IMG/VR virus record: IMGVR_UViG_3300030095_000584
Coordinates: 1 to 33,592 of that record
DNA length: 33,592 nt
Reading direction: 5' to 3' (one strand)
Source: a virus
Taxonomy: Duplodnaviria; Caudoviricetes
The notes beneath the pieces were generated by a model. That model worked only from the letters and a program-made list of their open reading frames with translations. It did not search any database and was not told where the DNA came from. This document shows, one piece after another, positions 1 to 8,389 of the stretch; the stretch's first letter is position 1; the number at the start of each line of letters is the position of its first letter. The position numbers were made by a program, and so were the translations under genes.

Positions 1-3000
1 TTTGACGATGAAATAACTGCAATGCCTAACTTAACATCTGTAGGAACTCTTACGACTCTTACAGTAGATAATGTTATAATAAATGGCACTACAATAGGTC
101 ATACAAGTGACACAGACTTAATAACACTTGCAGATGGTATTGTTACAGTTGCAGGTGAACTATCTGTTACTACATTAGACATTGGTGGTTCTAACGTAAC
201 TGCCACTGCTACAGAATTAAATTTACTAGATGGTGTATCAGGATTAGTACAAGCTGACTTTACAAAACTAGCTGCAGTCGATGCAACTGCAACAGAACTA
301 AACATCATGGATGGTGGCACTTCTGCAACATCAACTACACTTGCAGACGCAGATAGAGTTGTTGTTAATGACAATGGAACAATGGTTCAAGTTGCATTAA
401 CTGACTTTGAAACTTATTTTGAATCTGCGTTAGATACATTATCAAACGTAACAACAGTAGGTGCATTAAATAGTGGTTCTATCACTTCAGGTTTTGGTGC
501 AATAGACAATGGTTCATCAGCTATAACAACTACAGGTACAATTACATATGGTAGTTTATCTGATGGCACTATAACTGTAACAGCATTTGTTGATGAAGAT
601 GATATGTCATCTAATAGTGCTACTCTTATACCTACACAACAATCTGTAAAGGCTTATGTTGATACACAAATAACTGCAGAGGATTTAGATGTTACTACTG
701 ACAGTGGAACAATAGCTATTGATTTAGATAGTGAGACTTTAACTTTTACAGGTGGCACAGGTATAGATACCTCTGCAACAGGTAACGCAGTTACTTTTGC
801 AATAGACTCAACAGTTGTAACAGAATCATCCACAGACACTTTAACAAATAAAACTTTAACAAGTCCAAAGATAAATGAGGATGTAGCAGTTACATCCACA
901 GCAACAGAGTTAAATATTCTTGATGGAGTAACTTCTACTACAGGTGAAATTAATTTATTAGATGGTTCTAATAAATCTACTTCTTCTATAACTATAGCTG
1001 ATGCAGATGCTTTTATTATTATTGATGGCACTACTACAAAACAAATACCTGCTTCAGATATACCTACTTATATAGGTACAAGTTTAACATCAACAGGTGC
1101 TTTAGATAGTGGTTCTATTACATCAGGCTTTGGTAACATTGATAATGGAACATCTAACATTACATCAGGTGGTCTTCTTAAAATTGATACAGATGCAGAC
1201 GCAGATGATTTAACAGGAGACAGTTCTTCAGGTAGATTAACAATAGGTGCAGGTGAAGACTTAAACTTATATCATGGTGGAACTAACTCTTACATTGTAA
1301 ACGATACAGGTGATTTAATAATTGACACTGCAGGGGATGTTGTTCTAGACGCAGGTGGTGCAGATGTATTATTAAAAGATGGTGGAACACAGTATGCTGC
1401 TCTAACTAATTCTTCAGGTAACTTAATTATCAAGTCAGGTTCTACAACTGCATTAACATTCTCAGGAGCTAATGCAACACTTGCAGGTGACTTGACCATA
1501 TCAGGTGATGACTTGACTATGGGTACAAACACTGCAGGTCATTTACTTATAGCAGATGGCACAAACTTTAATCCTGTTTCTATTACCTCTTTATCTGAAA
1601 TATCTACAGTTGCCAATGATGATGTGTTTTTAGCAGTAGATGCTTCAGGTGGTGGTCTTAAAAAGATTGAAAGAAGTGCTATCATAGCAGGTGTAGCAAC
1701 AGGTAATGAAATATCAAATGTAGCAGATGATACCACACCACAACTCGGTGGTGACTTAGACGTAAACGGAAATGCTATTATATCTGCATCTAATGGTAAT
1801 ATAGCGATTACACCAAACGGAAGTGGTGTTGTAAGAATTGATGGCTCTAATGGTATTGATATGCAGTCAGGTGCTATATCAATTAAAAACGCAGGCTCTG
1901 AATCATACGTAAGATTTTACTGTGAGTCTAGTAATGCTCACTACACTCAGTTACAGGCTGCACCACACTCTGCTTACTCAGGTAACGTCACAGTTGTTTT
2001 ACCTGCCTCTGCAGATACGTTAGTAGGTAAAGCTACAACAGATACATTAACAAATAAAACATTTGGTGATAACACTAGCTTTGGTGACAATAATATTACT
2101 AATGTTGGAGATATCGCACTTGACTCTATAAGTGCAGATGGAACAGATATTAATGTAGCAGTATCTGATAACTCTGCAACTGCTTTTACAATCAAACAAG
2201 GCTCAGATAATTATTTAGTTATAGATACAGGTAATAGTGGTGAGTCCGTTCAAATAGGTACAGGTGTATCAGGAACTGCTATCACATTAGGACATGGTAC
2301 TTCAGAGGTTACAGTTTCAGATAATTTAACAGTTACAGGTGATTTAACTGTAAATGGTGCTACAACAACTGTAGACACAACAAATACAACAATTAAAGAT
2401 AATTTATTAGAGTTAAATAGTGGTGCGAGTTCTAACTCTAATGATGTAGGTATTATAATACAAAGAGGTTCTACAGGTAACGATGCGTTATTTATGTGGG
2501 ATGAATCTGCAGATAAATTTGCTTTAGGTACAACTACAGACAACGCAAGTAGCACAGGCAATCTTAATATGACAACAGGTACACTTGTTGCTAATATTGA
2601 AGGTAACGTAACAGGTAATGTAACAGGTAACACAAGTGGTACTGCTGCTACAGTTACAGGTGCTGCTCAGTCTAATATTACCTCACTTGGAACATTAACA
2701 ACATTAACAGTTGATAATGTTATAATAAATGGCACTACTATAGGTCACACAGACGATACAGATTTAATTACTTTAGCAGATGGTGTGGCAACAGTTGCAG
2801 GAGAACTTTCTGTAACCACACTTGATATAGGTGGCACTAATGTTACTGCTAGTGCTGCAGATATTAACTTAATAGATGGTATTACAAACGGAACTGTAAT
2901 AGCAAGTAAAGCTATCATAACGGACTCTAACAAAGATATATCAGGTGGTAGAAATATTACAATCTCAGGTGAGCTTGACGCAGCTACATTAGATATTAGT

Positions 3001-4977
3001 GGTGATGCAGACATAGATGGCACACTTGAAGCAGATGCAATTACAGTAGGTGGCACTGCCTTAAATACTGTTATAGCAGGTGTTACTGTTACTGATGCTA
3101 CCAACTCTGCTCACGTATTAGTTACAGATAACGAAAGTACAAACGAAGATAATCTAATTACCTTTGTAGAAGGTGCAACCTCTAGCACAGGTAATGTTGG
3201 ATTAGAAATGGATGGTAATCTAACTTATAATCCAAGCACAGGTAGATTAACTGCAACACAATTAGCAGGTACATTACAAACTGCTGCACAAGCAAACATT
3301 ACATCATTAGGAACACTTACAACATTAACAGTAGATGACATTACTATTAATGGTAGCACTATATCTGATAGTGGAGACTTAACAATAGATGCAGGTGGAG
3401 ACTTAATATTAGACGCAGCAGGTAATGATTTTAAATTTAAAGATAACGGAACAGAAATATTAAGGATTACCAACTCATCTAGTGATGTAATTATTAGACC
3501 TGTTGCCGATGCTAAAGATATAATTTTTCAACAGAGAGATGGCACTGAAGTAGCAAGAGTTGAAGACAATGGTACATTTAATGTTGTTACAGACAAACTC
3601 GCTATAAACGGAACAGCAGTTACATCCACTGCTGCAGAGTTGAACATACTTGACGGAGTAACCTCTACCACTGCAGAGTTGAATATCCTAGATGGGGTAA
3701 CCTCTACTGCTACAGAGTTAAATATTCTCGATGGAGTGACCTCTACTACTGCAGAACTAAATATTCTTGATGGTGCTACAGTAGTAGTAGGAGAGATAAA
3801 CGCATTAGATTTAGGCTCAACTGCTGTCGGTACTGCTATAGCTTCTAAAGCAGTCATACTTGACTCTAATAAAGATTACACAGGAATAAGAAACTTTACT
3901 ATTACAGGGGAACTTGATGCTGCAACTTTAGACATAAGTGGTGACGCTGATATTGATGGAACATTAGAAGCAGATGCTATAACTGTAAATGGCACTGCAT
4001 TAAATACAGTAATCGCAGGAGTAACAGTTACTAATGCTACTACGGCAGCAGTTGCAACAACTGTTACAATTTCAGATAACGAAAACACCAACGAAGAAAA
4101 TGCGATTATATTTACTGCAGGTGGCGATGTTGATGGTGGTAATATAGGTTTAGAATCTGATGGTGATTTAACTTATAATCCAAGCACAGGAACACTTACA
4201 GCAACTATATTTAAAGGTAACGTAGATGCTGTAGATGGTGACTTTGATGGAACACTAGAAGCAGATGCTATAACAGTTGGTGGGGTAGCTTTATCTGAAG
4301 TTATCTCTGATACTACAGGTGCTATGTTCTCTAGTAATACAGAGACAGGTGTTACTGTTACTTATCAAGACTCTGATAATACTATAGACGTTGCAATAGA
4401 TGCAGCACAAACAACTATTACATCTCTTCTTGCTACGGACATAAAGATTGGTGAAGATGACCAAACTAAGATAGACTTTGAAACTGCAGATGAGATACAC
4501 TTCTACGCAGCAAATGCAGAGCAAGTATTCGTATCTGACGGAGTATTTGGACCTCAGACAGATAGTGATGTTGATTTAGGTACAACAGGTGAAAGATTTA
4601 AAGATGCATACATTGACAGTGTAACTGTTACAGGTGATGTAGCAGTTGGAGATGATGCTTCCGTAGCAGGAAGAGCAACAGGTAATCAAGAAACAGATAA
4701 CGATGGTAACTTTGATTTAGCAACTGCTAACTTCTTTAAATGTACTCCATCAGGTAACTTTACTTTAACTTTATCTAACCCTGCAGAAGGTCAATCAGGA
4801 ACAATAATGTTAATCAACACAGGTGGTCACACAGTATCTGCCCACGCTAGTGTTGCTATAAATGCAGATATTTTAACAGCAATATCTTCAGCAGGAACAT
4901 ATATGCTTACTTATTATTGTTCTGCTTCAAGTGGTAATGATACAATACTAGTAGGTGCAACAGGAGCTTTAGCATAA
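1..4977 (+). CDS. Long repeat-rich tail fibre / receptor-binding protein, 5'-truncated by the window edge
   Basis: The frame is open from base 1 (FDDEITAM...), so the true start lies upstream. The protein is T/G/D/S/A-rich, with a TTPQLGGDLDVNG motif, (V)TSTxxELNILDG repeats and large internal duplications typical of marine phage fibres. It lies in the structural block. Confidence 0.8.
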   Translation, partial: FDDEITAMPNLTSVGTLTTLTVDNVIINGTTIGHTSDTDLITLADGIVTVAGELSVTTLDIGGSNVTATATELNLLDGVSGLVQADFTKLAAVDATATELNIMDGGTSATSTTLADADRVVVNDNGTMVQVALTDFETYFESALDTLSNVTTVGALNSGSITSGFGAIDNGSSAITTTGTITYGSLSDGTITVTAFVDEDDMSSNSATLIPTQQSVKAYVDTQITAEDLDVTTDSGTIAIDLDSETLTFTGGTGIDTSATGNAVTFAIDSTVVTESSTDTLTNKTLTSPKINEDVAVTSTATELNILDGVTSTTGEINLLDGSNKSTSSITIADADAFIIIDGTTTKQIPASDIPTYIGTSLTSTGALDSGSITSGFGNIDNGTSNITSGGLLKIDTDADADDLTGDSSSGRLTIGAGEDLNLYHGGTNSYIVNDTGDLIIDTAGDVVLDAGGADVLLKDGGTQYAALTNSSGNLIIKSGSTTALTFSGANATLAGDLTISGDDLTMGTNTAGHLLIADGTNFNPVSITSLSEISTVANDDVFLAVDASGGGLKKIERSAIIAGVATGNEISNVADDTTPQLGGDLDVNGNAIISASNGNIAITPNGSGVVRIDGSNGIDMQSGAISIKNAGSESYVRFYCESSNAHYTQLQAAPHSAYSGNVTVVLPASADTLVGKATTDTLTNKTFGDNTSFGDNNITNVGDIALDSISADGTDINVAVSDNSATAFTIKQGSDNYLVIDTGNSGESVQIGTGVSGTAITLGHGTSEVTVSDNLTVTGDLTVNGATTTVDTTNTTIKDNLLELNSGASSNSNDVGIIIQRGSTGNDALFMWDESADKFALGTTTDNASSTGNLNMTTGTLVANIEGNVTGNVTGNTSGTAATVTGAAQSNITSLGTLTTLTVDNVIINGTTIGHTDDTDLITLADGVATVAGELSVTTLDIGGTNVTASAADINLIDGITNGTVIASKAIITDSNKDISGGRNITISGELDAATLDISGDADIDGTLEADAITVGGTALNTVIAGVTVTDATNSAHVLVTDNESTNEDNLITFVEGATSSTGNVGLEMDGNLTYNPSTGRLTATQLAGTLQTAAQANITSLGTLTTLTVDDITINGSTISDSGDLTIDAGGDLILDAAGNDFKFKDNGTEILRITNSSSDVIIRPVADAKDIIFQQRDGTEVARVEDNGTFNVVTDKLAINGTAVTSTAAELNILDGVTSTTAELNILDGVTSTATELNILDGVTSTTAELNILDGATVVVGEINALDLGSTAVGTAIASKAVILDSNKDYTGIRNFTITGELDAATLDISGDADIDGTLEADAITVNGTALNTVIAGVTVTNATTAAVATTVTISDNENTNEENAIIFTAGGDVDGGNIGLESDGDLTYNPSTGTLTATIFKGNVDAVDGDFDGTLEADAITVGGVALSEVISDTTGAMFSSNTETGVTVTYQDSDNTIDVAIDAAQTTITSLLATDIKIGEDDQTKIDFETADEIHFYAANAEQVFVSDGVFGPQTDSDVDLGTTGERFKDAYIDSVTVTGDVAVGDDASVAGRATGNQETDNDGNFDLATANFFKCTPSGNFTLTLSNPAEGQSGTIMLINTGGHTVSAHASVAINADILTAISSAGTYMLTYYCSASSGNDTILVGATGALA
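3619..3774 (+). repeat. Four tandem 39-nt coding repeats (VTSTxxELNILDG)
   Basis: Units at 3619-3657, 3658-3696, 3697-3735 and 3736-3774 are near-identical in protein and differ at synonymous positions. Related dispersed copies occur near 196-237 and 889-966. Confidence 0.9.
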
Positions 4978-4978
4978 G

Positions 4979-7543
4979 ATGAGTTTATTACCTGCATCAA
5001 GTATAGGTGACGAAAGCACTGGGTTTTATAAGGGTGCTAACGAACAATCAGCTAGATTTAATTCTGGAAGTTCTGCAAATTTAACTAGGACTTTTTCTAC
5101 AGGTAACAAAAAAACTTTTACGATTAGTTTTTGGATTAAAAGAGGAGCAATAGGTTCTTACCAAAACTTGTTTGACATGGGTTCAAGTGGCTCAAGTTAT
5201 CATCAAGTAAGATTTCAAGACGATGACCAACTTTTAATTATGAGTGAAAATTCTGGTGTATTATACTCATTAGAAACTAGCCAAGTTTTTAGAGATACTA
5301 CCAACTGGTATCACATAGTTATAGCTTTTGATACGACACAATCAACAGCATCCAATAGAATAAGATTGTACGTTAATGGTTCAGAAGTTACAAGTTTTGA
5401 TACATCTTCTTACTCTCTTGTTTATCCTACAGAAGATTCAGACACTTTAGTTAATACAAACGTAACTCATTACATAGGAAGATTAGCGTATGGTGCTCAA
5501 TTTTATTTAGATGCGTATCTAGCCGATTATAATTTTATTGACGGTTCACAATTAGCTCCTGCGTCTTTTGGTGAATTAAAAAACGGAACTTGGATTCCTA
5601 TAGATACAAGTGGATTAACATTTGGTACAAACGGATTTAGATTACAATTTAAACAAACTGGAACTGGTACTGCATCAACATCAACAATAGGTGCAGATAC
5701 AAGTGGAGAAAACCATCATTGGACATCTAATAATTTATCTGACCACGACAGTAATCTACTAGATTGTCCAGAAAACAATTTTTGTGTAATGAAGTCTGCG
5801 TCAGTAGACCATCAAAATAGAGGAACACCCTCAGATGGAAATTTAGTAATAACAAATGCAGGAAGTGTAGGATGGGGTGTACATACAGCTACTTTTGCAG
5901 TGAATAGTGGTAAATGGTGGTATGAAGCGTGTGCTTCTGGAAGTATTGGTATTGGATATAATGTTGGATATCAAAACGTAGATACATATCACAACGCAAC
6001 AACTGATGGTAAAGCAACTGGAAGTTTTTTCTATTATGGGGTAGATGGCGTAGGTGCGTATTATTATGTTGGAACTTCTGATAGTGGCACAGTAGATAAT
6101 GATATAGTTTATTACACAGGTGCTGATGGTGCAAGGGGAACAACTTTTGTAGTTGGAGATGTTTTAGGTATTGCCTTAGATTTAGATGCTGACCCTCCGA
6201 CTGTACAACATTATGTAAATGGAGTTGCAGGAGGACCTGCAAGAGAAATACCTGAAGGAAATACTTTAACACCTTATCTTGGGTTATATTCTGCAAATGC
6301 AGTTACCACTTTTAATTTTGGTGCAGACCCAACATTCGGTGGAATTAGTGTAGATGGTAGTTCTGCTGATGCTACTGATTCAGAAGGCAATGGCAAGTTT
6401 TATGACACTCCTCCGTCTGGGTTTCTTGCGTTGTGTTCAGCAAATTTGCCCAAATTAGCTATTAGTCCTGCACAAAGCACTCAAGCGACTGACCATTTTA
6501 ATACAATTATTTGGAGTGGAAATGGCAGTTTTCCAAGAGCATTAACTGGTGTAGGCTTTCAACCAGATTGGGTATGGGAAAAAACAAGAAATCAAGCATA
6601 TGGACATGGTTTGTTTGATAGCTCAAGAGGAGCTAATGCAGGTGCATTATCTTCTCAAAATACTCAAGACGAAGGATATGCTAATACAAATTTTGATTTA
6701 GATAGTTTTGATTCAGATGGCATAACTTGGGCAGCAACAGGAGACACAAGTACAAGTAATAATAGTGGTGATACCTATGTAGCATGGAACTGGAAAGCAA
6801 ATGGTGGAACTACGACTACGAATGATGCAAGTTCAACTGGTGTAGGCACAATAGATAGTGTTTACCAAGCTAATACAGATGCTGGATTTAGTATTATAAC
6901 TTATACTGGAACTGGAAGTAATGGTACAATAGCACATGGTTTAGGTGCAGTACCTAAAATGATGATAGCAAAAAGACGAGATTCAACTAGTCATTGGGTT
7001 GTGTATCATCAAGATTTAACAGATGCTTCTTATTGGTTAGCTTTAAATTTAAATAATGCTCAAGATGTGGAAGCAACACACTGGAATAGCACAGCACCTA
7101 CATCAACACTAATTAATTTAGGAAGTAATACAAATACAAATGGAAGTTCTGCCACTTATGTCATTTATGCTTTTACTGACGTTGAAGGCTACTCTAAGTT
7201 TGGCTCGTTTGTAGGCAATAATTTATTAGATGGTCCATTTATTTATACTGGCTTTAAACCTGCTTGGATAATGGCAAAACGAAGCGACTCTACTAGTGAT
7301 TGGTTTCTTTTAGATAACAAAAGGTCTCCAGAAAATGTAGTTGGTGGAGGTGGAGTAGGTCAATTGGCGGCTAATCAAAATTATGCAGAGAGTTCTTTAT
7401 CAACGTATGCGATTGTTGATTTTTTGAGCAATGGTTTTAAAATGAGAAGTGATATGAACTATGGTTATTGGAACGCATCAGGTGGAACATATATCTACAT
7501 GGCTTTTGCAGAACAGCCATTTAAATTTAGTAATGCAAGATAG
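4979..7543 (+). CDS. Concanavalin A-like (LamG)/SPRY-like domain tail protein, putative adhesin
   Basis: N-terminal FTISFWIKR...WYHIVIAFDT...RIRLYVNG is LamG-like. Central SGKWWYE...GDVLGIALDLD is SPRY-like. C-terminal GVGFQPDWVW and YIYMAFAE modules are common in marine phage tail proteins. It directly follows the fibre gene. Confidence 0.75.
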   Translation: MSLLPASSIGDESTGFYKGANEQSARFNSGSSANLTRTFSTGNKKTFTISFWIKRGAIGSYQNLFDMGSSGSSYHQVRFQDDDQLLIMSENSGVLYSLETSQVFRDTTNWYHIVIAFDTTQSTASNRIRLYVNGSEVTSFDTSSYSLVYPTEDSDTLVNTNVTHYIGRLAYGAQFYLDAYLADYNFIDGSQLAPASFGELKNGTWIPIDTSGLTFGTNGFRLQFKQTGTGTASTSTIGADTSGENHHWTSNNLSDHDSNLLDCPENNFCVMKSASVDHQNRGTPSDGNLVITNAGSVGWGVHTATFAVNSGKWWYEACASGSIGIGYNVGYQNVDTYHNATTDGKATGSFFYYGVDGVGAYYYVGTSDSGTVDNDIVYYTGADGARGTTFVVGDVLGIALDLDADPPTVQHYVNGVAGGPAREIPEGNTLTPYLGLYSANAVTTFNFGADPTFGGISVDGSSADATDSEGNGKFYDTPPSGFLALCSANLPKLAISPAQSTQATDHFNTIIWSGNGSFPRALTGVGFQPDWVWEKTRNQAYGHGLFDSSRGANAGALSSQNTQDEGYANTNFDLDSFDSDGITWAATGDTSTSNNSGDTYVAWNWKANGGTTTTNDASSTGVGTIDSVYQANTDAGFSIITYTGTGSNGTIAHGLGAVPKMMIAKRRDSTSHWVVYHQDLTDASYWLALNLNNAQDVEATHWNSTAPTSTLINLGSNTNTNGSSATYVIYAFTDVEGYSKFGSFVGNNLLDGPFIYTGFKPAWIMAKRSDSTSDWFLLDNKRSPENVVGGGGVGQLAANQNYAESSLSTYAIVDFLSNGFKMRSDMNYGYWNASGGTYIYMAFAEQPFKFSNAR

Positions 7544-7553
7544 GAGATAGACT

Positions 7554-8123
7554 ATGCCGTGGAAACATAACGGGACAGAAATAAGAGTAGGAAAAGCATG
7601 GGTTTCAGACAGTGGTGTAAAACATCCTGCTACTTGGACACGATGGTCAGACACTTATAAAAAATCTATGGGATTAACTTGGGAAGACCCACCTGCATCT
7701 GAAACACCTGTTGATAATAGATTTTATCATGGTAGAAAAACAGATGGAACTTTGATTGAACGTAGTCTTACAGATGTTAATGCAGTTGATGAAGATGGTA
7801 AAGCTATTTTAGACCCAAATGGTAATCAAGTCGTAACACTTGGTTTAAAATCTATTTGGATTGCTCAAACTAAAAAAACTGCTAACGATTTATTATTTAA
7901 AACAGATTGGATGGTTACACGTAAATCAGAAAAGGGAACTGCTATACCTGATGCAACAACGACCTACAGAGATAGTGTAAGAACTGCGTGTAATACAATA
8001 GAAACTAAGATAAATGGGTGTTCTAATCTTACAGAGTTCATGGCATTGTTTGAAACACCAGTAGACAGTGATGGTATGCCAACAGGTAATGCACCGATAA
8101 ATGACTTCCCAACAGAGAATTAA
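7554..8123 (+). CDS. Putative tail fibre assembly chaperone
   Basis: AGGAG RBS. The C-terminal LLFKTDWMVTR...YRDSVR pattern resembles phage tail assembly chaperones, and the gene follows the fibre/adhesin genes. Confidence 0.55.
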   Translation: MPWKHNGTEIRVGKAWVSDSGVKHPATWTRWSDTYKKSMGLTWEDPPASETPVDNRFYHGRKTDGTLIERSLTDVNAVDEDGKAILDPNGNQVVTLGLKSIWIAQTKKTANDLLFKTDWMVTRKSEKGTAIPDATTTYRDSVRTACNTIETKINGCSNLTEFMALFETPVDSDGMPTGNAPINDFPTEN

Positions 8124-8124
8124 C

Positions 8125-8152
8125 TTGACATTTTGTATAAAAAGGATATAAT
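8125..8152 (+). promoter_or_regulatory. Sigma70-type promoter
   Basis: Perfect TTGACA (8125-8130), 16-nt spacer and perfect TATAAT (8147-8152) in the only sizeable intergenic gap of the structural block. Confidence 0.65.
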
Positions 8153-8155
8153 TAG

Positions 8156-8389
8156 ATGGAGATAGACGCAATGTTATTTTGGAATATAATCCTAACAATG
8201 ATAGTTGTACCATTTGGTTGGGCATTCAACAAGATGTTCCAAGAGGTAAAAAGGTTGCAGATATTATTAAATAAGACTCGTGAAGAGTATGCACGTAAAG
8301 ATGATGTAAAAGATGATATGCATGACCTTATGGATGCTATTAAAAGATTAGAAGATAAACTAGATAAGATATTAATGGGAGCTAAATAG
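8156..8389 (+). CDS. Small membrane protein with coiled-coil tail, holin-like (alternative start 8171)
   Basis: One hydrophobic helix (MLFWNIILTMIVVPFGWAF) followed by a charged coiled coil (RLEDKLDKIL). Function is inferred from size, topology and position. Confidence 0.5.
   Translation: MEIDAMLFWNIILTMIVVPFGWAFNKMFQEVKRLQILLNKTREEYARKDDVKDDMHDLMDAIKRLEDKLDKILMGAK

Noticed and set aside
3619-3774. 39-nt repeats as a possible CRISPR array
   Set aside because: Units are contiguous, in frame and vary synonymously; there are no spacers or cas operon.
99-4524. Series of - strand ORFs opposite the tail fibre
   Set aside because: Shadow frames produced by the biased Thr/Asp/Gly/Ala codons of the + strand gene; no RBS or recognisable protein features.
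4979-7543. Adhesin as a diversity-generating retroelement target
   Set aside because: No reverse transcriptase and no template/variable repeat pair differing at adenines were seen in the window.
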